Assembly: GCA_036500525.1 (NCBI GenBank)
Contig: DASYBY010000196.1
Coordinates: 1-53,713 of the forward strand
Length of the DNA: 53,713 bases
DNA from: Baekduia sp.
Lineage (GTDB): Bacteria; Actinomycetota; Thermoleophilia; Solirubrobacterales; Solirubrobacteraceae
Reading direction: 5' to 3'
Part shown: in pieces, positions 1 to 9,536 of the stretch
Layout of the letters: every line of letters starts with the position of its first letter
Numbering within the stretch: the stretch's first letter is position 1
The notes under the pieces: model-generated
What the model was told of the DNA's origin: nothing
Databases searched by the model: none
The model's input: only the letters and a program-made list of their open reading frames with translations
Translations under genes and position numbers: made by a program

Positions 1-729
1 AACCCGACCGGCGTCGCGTTCGACCTCACCTGGCGCGCGGCGGCGCCCGCCTGGCACGGCGCGGTCAACGTCGAGCAGGACGGCGTGGCCACCGCCGCCT
101 TCGACCACCTCTTCCAGCCCGGCCGCTACGAGGGCACGCTGTCACTCGACGGCGAGCCACTGGACGTCGACGGCTGGTGGGGCGTGCGCGACCGCTCGCG
201 CGGGGTGCGGACGATGTCTGGCGGTCAGGGCCTGCACCTCTGGTACCAGGCCGAGTTCGAGGACCGCGCGGTCGGCTTCCTCCTCGTCGAAGGCCGGGAC
301 CACAGCCGGCTGCTCCTCGAAGGCGGCGTCATGCTCGCCGAGGACGGGACCGTCGATGAGATCGTCGACGTCGGCCACGACCTGCGCTTCGACGCCGACC
401 TGGACCTCGTCAGCGGCCGCGTCGAGGTCCTCACCTCCTCCGGCGCGCAGTACACGATCGACGCCGATGCGCGCGCGGGCGGCGGCTACATGGCCGGTGC
501 CGGCTACGGCGGCCACCACGGCAAGGACCTCGGCCTCGACCACATCGAGCACGACGTCTACCGCCTCGACGGCAGCGTGACGCCCAAGACCGTCGACACC
601 TCCCTGACCGACCGCCTCACCACGTTCATTTGGGACGACCGGCCCGGGATCGGCATCTTCGAGTTCGCGCTGACCCGCAGCAGCCGCTACGCCTACGTGC
701 CGACGGAGCTGGCCGGCGCAGCCCGCTGA
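1..729 (+). CDS. Hypothetical protein, 5'-partial; actinobacterial RD[H/R]S[W]G beta-barrel family (DUF7064/tocopherol-cyclase-like)
   Basis: Frame is open from base 1 (NPTGVAFDLTW...). HLFQPGRYEG and GVRDRSRGVR match the family pattern. High GC3. Confidence 0.6.
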   Translation, partial: NPTGVAFDLTWRAAAPAWHGAVNVEQDGVATAAFDHLFQPGRYEGTLSLDGEPLDVDGWWGVRDRSRGVRTMSGGQGLHLWYQAEFEDRAVGFLLVEGRDHSRLLLEGGVMLAEDGTVDEIVDVGHDLRFDADLDLVSGRVEVLTSSGAQYTIDADARAGGGYMAGAGYGGHHGKDLGLDHIEHDVYRLDGSVTPKTVDTSLTDRLTTFIWDDRPGIGIFEFALTRSSRYAYVPTELAGAAR

Positions 730-894
730 GCGGGGCCCTCTCGGTGGCCCGACGCTCGCGCTGGCCGAGGATGCGCTGCGCTACAACCAGGCGCCCGACC
801 CACGGCGACCGCTCTCCGCCTACACCTTCGACCGTGCCGGAATGGCCGCGGGCGCCGCGCGCGCGGCGGTGGTGCTCAAGATGTTGTTGTTGTT

Positions 895-1158
895 CTACAG
901 GTCGCGGTGCAGCCAATAAATGCCGGTGAAGCCGGCGAGCAGTCCCACGAAGCCGCCGACCAGGGCGCCGGCGATCGAGATGTTGAGCTGACCCCCGGCG
1001 AAGTCGCCTCCGACGGCGAACAGGGCGATCGCGACGATGAGCGTCAGGCCGGCGCCCGAGGCGTCGGTGGCCCGCCGACGTGGCGACCCCGCTCGCCGGG
1101 GTGGTCGCGGGGCGGCAACCGGTATGCGTTCATCGTCGGGCTGCCTGATCCCGGCCAT
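895..1158 (-). CDS. Small two-TM membrane protein, AtpZ/AtpI(gene1)-like
   Basis: 87 aa with two Gly-rich hydrophobic helices ending GFVGLLAGFTGIYWLHRDL. No atp operon nearby. Confidence 0.4.
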   Translation of the reverse strand: MAGIRQPDDERIPVAAPRPPRRAGSPRRRATDASGAGLTLIVAIALFAVGGDFAGGQLNISIAGALVGGFVGLLAGFTGIYWLHRDL

Positions 1159-1162
1159 CGGA

Positions 1163-1288
1163 TCAGCAGACGACGATCAGGTGAAACGAGCGATCGACCG
1201 TGCTGCCGGCAGCGTCATAGAGCTGCACACCGACGTTGGCGCCGTCATCGCGGACGGTGGCGTAGCCGGGCGGCTGGCCCAAGGTCCG
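1163..1288 (-). pseudogene. C-terminal fragment of a probable exported protein
   Basis: Manual translation LGQPPGYATVRDDGANVGVQLYDAAGSTVDRSFHLIVVC*. In-frame TGA just upstream (1289-1291). Stop lies 4 nt before the 1158 ATG. Confidence 0.4.
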
Positions 1289-1710
1289 TCAGGCCCCGCC
1301 GGCGCTCCGGGTGCGTTCGCCGCGGCCGAGTTCAGCTGGGCAGGCGGTTGAGAAGCATGGTCGCCTCGTCGGTAGCGCTAGGTGAGACGTAGCCCCCGCC
1401 GGAGCGGGCGATCTGCACCTCGCCCGTCGGGCTCACTGCCGAACTACCGACGGGACGGAGGTCGACGATCAGCTCCCGAGCGCCAACGTCGATCGCCGCG
1501 CCGATGGCGGCGGTCCGCAGCGGTTCGCTCGGCACAGGGGAATTCTTAGGTCCGCCACCGACGCTCTGCACGCAGCGATGACGAGGCCTCCTCGGTCCTC
1601 GGCCCTTGGCGGCGGTAGCGACGAGGGGCAGGCCGGAGTCCCCGCGACGGATGCGCGTGGGAGCTTCGTCTGTGGCGGCGAGCCGCGCCGACGGCATAGG
1701 CTGGGGTCGA

Positions 1711-2565
1711 ATGGTGCCGACCGGGGCAGAGTGGAGACGTGACGGGGCGCTCAGGACTGACGATCTCGTCTGGGCCGAGTCACCGCGCTGGCGCGACGGC
1801 GAGCTGTGGGTCTCCGACACCCAGCGGTCGCACCTGGTCGTCATCGGCCCTGAGGCGACCGTCGTCCATCCACTGGCGTCCGCCGTCAACGGCACGGCGT
1901 TCCTGCCGTCCGGTGACCTCGTCGCCGCGCGGATGCACGACGCGCGACTCGACCGCTTCAACGGTGAGCGCTGGGCACCGTACGTCGATCTCGGTGGCCT
2001 CGTCAGCGGCCGTCTCGGGGATCTGATCGCCGCCCAAGACGGAACCGTCTACGTGGACGAGGTGGTCTCGCGCGACGAGCCCGGCCGGCTGCTGAAGGTC
2101 GACGTCGACGGCCGGACGACCGTCGTGGCCGAGGGCCTGGTGTTCCCCAACGGGCTCGCGATGATCGACGCCGGCCGCACGCTCGTGGTGGCTGAGACCT
2201 TCGCGGGACGGCTGACGGCGTTCACCATCGGCGCAGACGGTGGTCTCGGAGATCGGCGGACCTCCATCGATCTTCGTGAGCACTTGGGCGCCGAGTACCT
2301 CCCTGACGGGATCTGGGCCTGCCGGGACGGGTCGATCTGGGTCGCGACGACGACTGGCCAAGAGGCGGTTCGCGTCCACGACGGACGAGTCGTCGAACGT
2401 GTCCACGTCGGCGAGTTCGCGATCGCCTGCTGCCTTGACGACGATGAGCGTCAGCTCTTCGTGACTGTCGCAAGCAGTCTCGAGGCCGGCGTTGCCGTCA
2501 TCGATGCGGTGTACGACCAGCGCACGCGTGCGCGGGTTCTGCGCTGGCGTCGTCCAGGACCATAA
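1711..2565 (+). CDS. SMP-30/gluconolactonase/LRE family protein
   Basis: WAESPRW, FPNGL and PDGI motifs. ATG 1711 chosen over the 1606 ORF start. Confidence 0.88.
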   Translation: MVPTGAEWRRDGALRTDDLVWAESPRWRDGELWVSDTQRSHLVVIGPEATVVHPLASAVNGTAFLPSGDLVAARMHDARLDRFNGERWAPYVDLGGLVSGRLGDLIAAQDGTVYVDEVVSRDEPGRLLKVDVDGRTTVVAEGLVFPNGLAMIDAGRTLVVAETFAGRLTAFTIGADGGLGDRRTSIDLREHLGAEYLPDGIWACRDGSIWVATTTGQEAVRVHDGRVVERVHVGEFAIACCLDDDERQLFVTVASSLEAGVAVIDAVYDQRTRARVLRWRRPGP

Positions 2566-2570
2566 GCACC

Positions 2571-2596
2571 GTATTTATACGTATCATATTTATGAT
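2571..2596. promoter_or_regulatory. AT-rich promoter/operator overlapping the start of the FAD oxidase gene
   Basis: Inverted repeats GTAT-TT-ATAC (2571-2580) and ATCATA-TT-TATGAT (2583-2596). A -10-like TATCAT at 2582-2587 lies 7 nt before ATG 2595. Confidence 0.55.
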
Positions 2597-3929
2597 GCAG
2601 ACCAGCCCCGACCGCGATCTCAGCGCCCTGAGCGAGGTGTGCGTGATCCATGCGCCCGCGGACGGGGCGTATCTCGCCGACGCGTCGGCGTCGATGGGCC
2701 TGCGGGGCCGGGCCGACGCGGTCGCGCTCCCGGCCGACGCCGACGAGGTCGTGGCGGTGATGCGGTGGTGTTACGAGCGCGACGTCCCGCTCGTCCCGCG
2801 CGGCGGCGGTACGGGCTATGCCGGCGGTGCCGTGCCTGTCGATGGAGGGGTCGTGCTGTCGCTCGAGCGCTTGACGCGGGTGCGGTCGTTCGACCCGCTG
2901 CTGTGGCGGATCGAGGTCGAGGCCGGTGTGCGCACGGCGACGGTCGCGCGCCTCGCCCGCGAGAACGGGCTGTACTTCCCGGTGGATCCCGGAGCGGCCG
3001 AGCAGTCGCAGATCGGCGGGAACGTCGCCACCAACGCCGGCGGCCCGCACACGTTCAAGTACGGCGTGATGGGCAAGTGGGTGATGGGGCTCGAAGCGAT
3101 CGTGCCGCCGGGCGAGCTCGTCCGGGTGGGCGGCCCGGTGCGCAAGGACGTGGCCGGCTACGACCTGAAGTCGCTGCTGGTCGGCAGCGAGGGAACGCTC
3201 GGCGTCATCACGGCGGTCTGGCTGCAGCTGATGCCGGCGCCGGCGCTCCGCATCCCCCTCGCCGCGTCTTACGGATCCACGGCCGCCGGCTGCGCGGCAG
3301 TCGAGAACGTGCTGGCCAGTGGCGTCGTACCGGCCGTCCTCGAGTACCTCGACGCCGGGGCGATCGCCGCGTCCGGCGCCGCGTTCCCCGGTGGCCTCCC
3401 GGACGGCAGCCGGTTCCTGGTCATCACGGAGTCCGACACGGGCGCGCACGACGCCGACGCGCTCGCCGAGGCGCTGGGGCCGACGGCCGTGCGCCCCGAC
3501 GCCGAGGCGCTCTGGCGCTGGCGCGAGGGTGTCTCGCTCGCGGTCACCGCCCAGCGCGGAGGCAAGCTCTCGGAGGACATCGCCGTGCCGCTCGACCGCA
3601 TGGCACAGGCCATCGACGAGATCGTCGCGATCGGCGCGCGCCACGAGCTCGAAGCGTGCTCGTGGGGACACGCCGGCGACGGCAACCTGCACGCGACGTT
3701 CCTGCTCGCCTCCCCCGACGACCTCCCTCGCGCCGAGGCCGCGGTCCAGGAGCTGTTCGCGCTCGCCATCGGGCTGGGCGGGACGATCAGCGGCGAGCAC
3801 GGCATCGGCTGGCTGAAGCGCGGGTGGCTCGGGCGCCAGTGGAACGCGCCGGCCGTGGCGCTGCATCAGGCGATCAAGGCCGCGATCGATCCCCGCGGGC
3901 TGCTCAACCCCGGCAAGAAGACGGCCTGA
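2592..3929 (+). CDS. FAD-linked oxidase, GlcD/D-lactate dehydrogenase family
   Basis: PRGGGTG, IGGNVATNAGG, GYDL, GSEGTLG, GHAGDGNLH, SGEHGIG and LNPGK. Start may be 2595. Confidence 0.92.
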   Translation: MMQTSPDRDLSALSEVCVIHAPADGAYLADASASMGLRGRADAVALPADADEVVAVMRWCYERDVPLVPRGGGTGYAGGAVPVDGGVVLSLERLTRVRSFDPLLWRIEVEAGVRTATVARLARENGLYFPVDPGAAEQSQIGGNVATNAGGPHTFKYGVMGKWVMGLEAIVPPGELVRVGGPVRKDVAGYDLKSLLVGSEGTLGVITAVWLQLMPAPALRIPLAASYGSTAAGCAAVENVLASGVVPAVLEYLDAGAIAASGAAFPGGLPDGSRFLVITESDTGAHDADALAEALGPTAVRPDAEALWRWREGVSLAVTAQRGGKLSEDIAVPLDRMAQAIDEIVAIGARHELEACSWGHAGDGNLHATFLLASPDDLPRAEAAVQELFALAIGLGGTISGEHGIGWLKRGWLGRQWNAPAVALHQAIKAAIDPRGLLNPGKKTA

Positions 3930-3935
3930 GCCGCC

Positions 3936-4814
3936 TCACCCGGCGTGGGTCAGCGCCGCGGCGAGGCGGCGCCACTCGACCCGCGGGAGGCCCTCGCCCG
4001 CGGTCAGGACCTGCACGCAGACGTGGTCGGCGCCGCGGTCGCGATGCTCGGCGACCCGGTCGAGGATCGCCTGCTCGTCGCCCCACGCCACGAGCGCGTC
4101 GACGAGCCGATCGCTGCCGCCGTCGGCCAGCTCGTGCTCGTCGAAGCCCGAGCGCTGAAGGTTGCGCACGTAGTTTGGCGCGGCCAGGTAGCGCTCCATG
4201 TGCGCGCGGGCGACGGCTCGCGCGGCGACCGGATCGGTCTCAAGCACCACGGCCTGCTCGGGCGCCAGCCACGCCTCCGGGCCGAGGAGCTCGCGCGCGG
4301 TCGCGGTGTGGTCGACCGACACGAAGTACGGATGGGCGCCGAGCGTGCGCGCCGCCGACAGCCCGAGCATCCTCGGCCCGAGAGCGCCGAGGAAGCGCTC
4401 GTCGCCCCGCACCGGCATCGGGGCGCCGTCCAAACGGTCGAGGTACTTCCCGACCACCTCCAGCGGCTTGCGGTAGCGGCCCGGCTCGTCGGCGTCGACG
4501 GCCTCTGCGTGGCTCACGCCGATCCCGGTCAGCAGCCGCGCGCCGTGCTCGGCACGCAGCCGCGCGTGGTCGGCCGCGAGCTCCGCCGCGTCGTGCTTCC
4601 AGAGGTTCGCGACGCCCAGCGCCACCGGCACGCCGGCGGTCGCCGTGAGCAGGCGCTCGGCGGCACCCATGAGGTCGCCCCCGCGCGCACCGGGGATGAA
4701 CAGCGCCGTGTATCCGAGCCCCTCGAGCTCGGCGGCGGCCTCGGCCACCTCCTCGCGCTCGCGGTGGAACCGCAGCTCGATGCTCCAGACGCCGACGCCT
4801 TCCGGACCGGACAT
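3936..4814 (-). CDS. LLM-class F420-dependent oxidoreductase (MSMEG_4141/TIGR03620-like)
   Basis: GIGVSH, LGALGPRML, GAHPY, LAPEQ, GADHVCVQ. Confidence 0.85.
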   Translation of the reverse strand: MSGPEGVGVWSIELRFHREREEVAEAAAELEGLGYTALFIPGARGGDLMGAAERLLTATAGVPVALGVANLWKHDAAELAADHARLRAEHGARLLTGIGVSHAEAVDADEPGRYRKPLEVVGKYLDRLDGAPMPVRGDERFLGALGPRMLGLSAARTLGAHPYFVSVDHTATARELLGPEAWLAPEQAVVLETDPVAARAVARAHMERYLAAPNYVRNLQRSGFDEHELADGGSDRLVDALVAWGDEQAILDRVAEHRDRGADHVCVQVLTAGEGLPRVEWRRLAAALTHAG

Positions 4815-5531
4815 TCAGCCTCCTGTCGTGACGGCGCTGGTGCCGAGGTAGGCGTCGCGCACGCTGTCGGGGTTCTCGGCCAGCTCGCGCGCCGTGCCCT
4901 GCAGGACGACCGACCCGCGGTTGAGCACGTAGGCCGAGTTGCCGATGCCGAGCGCGAGGTTGGCGTACTGCTCCACGAGCAGCACCGCCACGCCGTCGTC
5001 GGCGAGCGCGCGGACGATCGGCAGCAGCCGCTGCACGATGACCGGCGCGAGGCCGAGCGACATCTCGTCCAGCAGCAGCGCCTTCGGGCTGCGGGCCAGC
5101 GCACGAGCGATGACGACCATCTGCTGCTCGCCGCCCGACAGCGAGCCGGCCAGGACGTCGCGCCGTGGCACCAGCTCGGGGAAGAGCGCCAGCGCGCGCT
5201 CGACGGCGCCGGCCTCGCCGGTGGCGACCTCGACGTTCTCGGCGACCGTCAGCTCGCCGAAGACGTGGCGGCCCTGCTCGACGTGCCCGAGGCCGCTGAG
5301 CGCGCGCTGCACGCGACCGAAGCCGGCGATGTCGACGCCGTCGAGCTCGATCGTCCCCGACGTCGCGGGGATCAGCCCCGACAGCGCCTCCAGCAGCGTC
5401 GTCTTGCCGGCGCCGTTGGCGCCGAGCAGGACGGTGACCTCGCCGGCGGGGACGTGCAGCGAGACTCCGCGCACGATCGGGAAGCCCGCACGGGGGACCG
5501 TCAGGTCGCTGACCTCCAGCCCTGCGCTCAT
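4815..5531 (-). CDS. Branched-chain-amino-acid-type ABC transporter ATP-binding protein (LivF-like)
   Basis: GANGAGKT, LSGGEQQ, LLLDE, VEQ. ATG overlaps the upstream stop. Confidence 0.93.
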   Translation of the reverse strand: MSAGLEVSDLTVPRAGFPIVRGVSLHVPAGEVTVLLGANGAGKTTLLEALSGLIPATSGTIELDGVDIAGFGRVQRALSGLGHVEQGRHVFGELTVAENVEVATGEAGAVERALALFPELVPRRDVLAGSLSGGEQQMVVIARALARSPKALLLDEMSLGLAPVIVQRLLPIVRALADDGVAVLLVEQYANLALGIGNSAYVLNRGSVVLQGTARELAENPDSVRDAYLGTSAVTTGG

Positions 5532-7330
5532 GCCATCACCTCTTGGCCGAGGTAGGCCTTGGCCACCTTCGTGTCGGCGAGTACCTCGCGCGGCTCGCCC
5601 GCGGCGATGACCTCGCCGAAGTCGAGCACGGTCATCTCCGTGCATGCCGCCTGGACCAGCTCCATGTCGTGCTCGACGAGCAAGACCGCGGGGCCGAAGC
5701 GCGCGGGGGTGGCAGCGATCTGCTCGGCCAGCCGCATCGACTCCGCCGCGGCCAGGCCGGCCGCGGGCTCGTCGAGCAGCACCACGGCGGGCCGCGCCGC
5801 GACCGCGGCGACGACCTCGACGACGCGGCGGCTGCCGACGTCGACCGAGGCGAGCATCCGCGAAGGATGCGGTCCGTCGAAGAAGGCGAGCATGTCCTCG
5901 AGCTCCTCGGGTGACGTCTGGGCGCTGGCCTCGCGCGGCATCGCGAGGCGCAGGTAGCGCTCGACGGTCAACTCGGGGATCGTGCGGTCCTGCTGGAACG
6001 AGCGCCGGATCCCGTGGCGCGCGCGCATGTGCGCCGGCATCAGGTCGATCCGCTCGCCGAGCACGCGCACCTCGCCCTCGTAGTCGCGCACGAACCCGGT
6101 CACGCAGTCGATCAGCGTGGACTTGCCCGCGCCGTTGGGCCCGATCACCGCGGTGACGCAGCCTTGGGGGACGACGACCGTGACGTCGCTGAGCGCGCGG
6201 ACATTGCGGTAGGACATCGACAGGTTGCGGATCTCCAACGCGGGGACGTCGCGCGCCGCGTGGTCGGAGCGCGTGGCCCCGACGGTCAGCGGCCCGCGCA
6301 CCGCGAGCCCGTGGCCCGCGCCGTTGCCGGACGCGGCCACGTCCGCCGAGGCGACCGCGAGCTCCGGGCCCGTGCGCCCGAAGCGGCGCCCCAGCCGGTG
6401 GCGGATGTCCTCGGCCGCGCCACGGCCGTGCAGCAGGCCGATCACGGCGCCCGCCGCGAACAGCAGGTTCGGCACGTTCTGCGAGATGTTGAGGTCGTCG
6501 AAGAAGACCGGCAGGAAGATGTTCAGCGCGCCGGCCAGCAGCGCGCCCTCGGGGTAGCGCGCGCCCATCATGATCGCCACGGCGAAGATGATCAGCGACG
6601 TGACGGGTGCAAAGCTCTCAACGGTCACGGTGCCCTGCTGACCCACGAACAGCGCCCCAGAGAGCCCGGCCACCAGCGCGCACAGCGCGAACGCGCTGGT
6701 CTTCGTGCGGGCCACGCTGCGGCCCAGTGCCGCCGTGGCCCGCTCGCTGCGCCGCGCGGCGAGCCAGCTCGCGCCGAGCCGAGTGCGGTCCAGCAGCGCG
6801 AAGGCGACCGACGTGAGAGCGAAGACGACGCCGCAGAGGTAGAAGTAGGACTTGTCGGCCACGAGCCAGTCCGGCCGATCGGCGAAGTACGCCTTGCTCT
6901 GCCCGGGGAAGCCCTTGGTCGTGAGCACGACGGTCACGGTGACCCCGAAGACGAGCGTCAGGATTCCGAGGTTGACGCCGCGCAGGCGCAGAGCAGGCAG
7001 CCCGACCAGAAGGCCGACGACTGCGGTCGCCAGCCCGGCCACGACGATCGCCACCAGAAAGCCGGCGCCCCCGAGGTGGATGCGCATGAGCAGGAAGACG
7101 TAGGCGCCGACGGCGGCGAAGCCGAGCTGCGAGAGGACGATGAGCCCTGCTCGGCCGGTCACCATGCCGATGCCCTGGACCATGAGCGCGACGATCAGCG
7201 CGCTCGTGGCGAGGAAGAGGTCGTAGTCCGACAGCATCTGCGGTACGACCAGCAGCACGACGACGAACGCGACGAGCGAGAGCGGGCCCCCGATCCCCGT
7301 GCCGCCGGTGACCCGTTCAACGAGCTTCAT
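5528..7330 (-). CDS. ABC transporter permease/ATP-binding fusion (LivM-LivG-like)
   Basis: N-terminal TM domain (PALRLRGVNL). C-terminal GPNGAGKS, LLDEPAAGL, VEHDM. Confidence 0.92.
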   Translation of the reverse strand: MKLVERVTGGTGIGGPLSLVAFVVVLLVVPQMLSDYDLFLATSALIVALMVQGIGMVTGRAGLIVLSQLGFAAVGAYVFLLMRIHLGGAGFLVAIVVAGLATAVVGLLVGLPALRLRGVNLGILTLVFGVTVTVVLTTKGFPGQSKAYFADRPDWLVADKSYFYLCGVVFALTSVAFALLDRTRLGASWLAARRSERATAALGRSVARTKTSAFALCALVAGLSGALFVGQQGTVTVESFAPVTSLIIFAVAIMMGARYPEGALLAGALNIFLPVFFDDLNISQNVPNLLFAAGAVIGLLHGRGAAEDIRHRLGRRFGRTGPELAVASADVAASGNGAGHGLAVRGPLTVGATRSDHAARDVPALEIRNLSMSYRNVRALSDVTVVVPQGCVTAVIGPNGAGKSTLIDCVTGFVRDYEGEVRVLGERIDLMPAHMRARHGIRRSFQQDRTIPELTVERYLRLAMPREASAQTSPEELEDMLAFFDGPHPSRMLASVDVGSRRVVEVVAAVAARPAVVLLDEPAAGLAAAESMRLAEQIAATPARFGPAVLLVEHDMELVQAACTEMTVLDFGEVIAAGEPREVLADTKVAKAYLGQEVMA

Positions 7331-8177
7331 CCCACACCGCCTTCCGCTGCGTCCAGCCCAGCACCAGGAGGATCGCCAGCAGCGGGACCGCGTCCGCATA
7401 GGGCGCCAGGTCCGAGCTATAGGTGACCAGCGCCTCGCAGACCCCGAGGCCGAGGCCGGCGGCGACCGCCCCCGGCAGCGATCGCAGCAGCCCGAGCGAC
7501 GCGGCCGCGACGGCGGGAAGCAGCAGTTGGACCGACAGCGCCGTGAAGTCCGATTGCCGTGACGGGGCCGCCAGCAGAACGGCGATCGCGGCGACTGCCG
7601 CGCTCACCCCCCAGACGCCGATCGCCATCCGGCGCGACGGCACCCCGAGCAGCTCGGCGGCCCGCGAGCCCTCGGCCATCGCCCGCAGCAGCGTCCCTAG
7701 CCGCGTCCGCTTGAGCAGCAGCGTGGCCGCCCCCGCGAGCCCGATGGCCAGCACGAGCGTGACGATCGTCGCCGCCGACACCTCGATGTCGCCGACCTGG
7801 AGGTTGGAGTGCGGCAGCAGCTGCGGGATCGGCCGCGGGTCGCTGCCGAAGATCCACGAGCCGAGCGTCACGAGCGCGATCAGGAACGTGATCGCCACCG
7901 TCGACCGGGCCTCGGTCGAGGCCTCGGTGAACAGCGCGGACATGATCGTCCCGCACAGCACGCCGATGGCGGTCGCCGCCAGGACCCCGGCGGCAGCGGC
8001 CGGCACGAACGGCCAGCCGTGCTCACCGAGGATGATGGAGACGAACGCGCCGGCGGTGCCGATGGCGACCTGCGCGAAGTTCAGCACCCGGACCATGCGG
8101 TACATGAACACCATGCAGGCGCCGAGCATCGCCACCGCCGCGCCGGCCAGGATTCCTGACACTCCTGCCTGAATCAC
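7317..8177 (-). CDS. ABC transporter permease (LivH-like)
   Basis: VLNFAQ, RTRLGTLLRA, multiple TM helices. GTG start. Confidence 0.9.
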   Translation of the reverse strand: MIQAGVSGILAGAAVAMLGACMVFMYRMVRVLNFAQVAIGTAGAFVSIILGEHGWPFVPAAAAGVLAATAIGVLCGTIMSALFTEASTEARSTVAITFLIALVTLGSWIFGSDPRPIPQLLPHSNLQVGDIEVSAATIVTLVLAIGLAGAATLLLKRTRLGTLLRAMAEGSRAAELLGVPSRRMAIGVWGVSAAVAAIAVLLAAPSRQSDFTALSVQLLLPAVAAASLGLLRSLPGAVAAGLGLGVCEALVTYSSDLAPYADAVPLLAILLVLGWTQRKAVWDEAR

Positions 8178-8210
8178 GTCCGTCTCCGTCGTCGATCTCT
8201 GGTGGGTCGC

Positions 8211-9440
8211 CTAGGAGCTCGGCAGCGTCGAGAACTTCGTCGCCGCCGGATCCCAGTCGCCGTTCTTGATGACGACCGGCCAGATCGCCTGGTTCGGGTT
8301 GTGCGCGTCGCCGGGACCGAACGCGTACGGCTGGGCGGTCAGCCCGGCGGTGTCGTACGTGGTCAGCTTCTGAAGCGCCGCGAGGACCGAGGCCTTCGTG
8401 ACGTCGCCCTTGATGCCCTTGATGGTGTCGGCCATGATCTTGGCCGAGAGCCAGCCGGCCTCCGTCAGGCCCGTCAGCTCGACGCCGGCGGCCTTGAGGT
8501 CCTTCTTCACCGGGTCGAGGATCGGATCGCGCGAGGTGTAGGGGTAGAGCTCCGACGTGGTGTACACGCCCTCGCCGTCGGCGCCGAGCGCCTTCGGCGT
8601 GCTGGCCACGTAGCTGGCGCCGCCGAGCAGCAGTCCGCCCTTCCAGCCGACCTGCTTGCCCGCCTTCACCAGTGCCGGGACCTGCGCACCGCTGAACGTC
8701 GCCACGAGGCTCTTGCAGCCCGCCTTCTTGACCTGGAGCATGAGCGTGGTCAGGTTCGAGTTCGGCGTCACCGCGTGGCTCTGGAACGCGACCTTCTGGC
8801 CCGCGAGCTGCTCATAGCGCGAGATCGCGGCGCCGTAAGCGTCGTTGATCGTCGGGATGTTGTTGTTCAACGTGCAGGACGGAACCTGGCCGAGCGTCTT
8901 GCCCATGTAGTAGAGGCCCGCGGTGACACCGGTGAGCACGCCGGTGTTGACCGGCGAGATCATGGGGTTGGTGAAGCACGTCGGATCCGACGCGCCGCCC
9001 ATGACGTTCGCGATCTTCTGCTGCTGATAGAACTTGCCGTTGACCGTGCAGTCGACGAGGCTGACGCCACCGGCGAAGCCCACGATGCCGTTTTGCTGGA
9101 CCAGCTTGCGGGCCTGCTGCGAGGCCGCCGTCGGGTCGCTCTTGTCGTCGGCGACGATGTAGTTGACCTTGCGGCCGTTGATGCCGCCTTGCTTGTTGAG
9201 GGCGTCGAAGTAGGCCTTGGCGCCCTGGGCGCCGAAGGGCAGCAGGATCGGCCCGGACATCGCGCTGATGTTGCCGATGCTGATCGGGTCCTTCGACCCG
9301 CCGCCACCGCTGCTCTTGCCGTCGCTGCTGTCGCTGCCGCAGGCCGCCAGCGGCAGCGCGACCGCCAGGCACCCGACCGCCACGACCATGCTCAACCGGC
9401 CGTGACGTCGACGACGGAACCGTTCTTGAAGTGCGTTCAT
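8211..9440 (-). CDS. ABC transporter substrate-binding lipoprotein (LivK/PBP1-like)
   Basis: Lipobox LAAC, GGINGRKV, DDKSDP. RBS AGGAG. Confidence 0.92.
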   Translation of the reverse strand: MNALQERFRRRRHGRLSMVVAVGCLAVALPLAACGSDSSDGKSSGGGGSKDPISIGNISAMSGPILLPFGAQGAKAYFDALNKQGGINGRKVNYIVADDKSDPTAASQQARKLVQQNGIVGFAGGVSLVDCTVNGKFYQQQKIANVMGGASDPTCFTNPMISPVNTGVLTGVTAGLYYMGKTLGQVPSCTLNNNIPTINDAYGAAISRYEQLAGQKVAFQSHAVTPNSNLTTLMLQVKKAGCKSLVATFSGAQVPALVKAGKQVGWKGGLLLGGASYVASTPKALGADGEGVYTTSELYPYTSRDPILDPVKKDLKAAGVELTGLTEAGWLSAKIMADTIKGIKGDVTKASVLAALQKLTTYDTAGLTAQPYAFGPGDAHNPNQAIWPVVIKNGDWDPAATKFSTLPSS

Positions 9441-9490
9441 GACTCTCTCCTCCTGGGCTCCCGGCCCGGATGACCCTGCGATTCATGGCT

Positions 9491-9522
9491 AGCCTGCCTA
9501 CTTTGACTATGGTTGTCAACAT
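9491..9522 (-). promoter_or_regulatory. Sigma70-type promoter for ABC cassette 1 with an overlapping inverted repeat
   Basis: Minus strand reads TTGACA-17nt-CAGGCT. Palindrome TTGAC-N7-GTCAA (9503-9519) covers the -35. Confidence 0.55.
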
Positions 9523-9536
9523 TGTGTTCGTGGCGG

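Noticed and set aside
882-894. (TGT)4 microsatellite
   Set aside because: Too short, and not in an identifiable gene or promoter.
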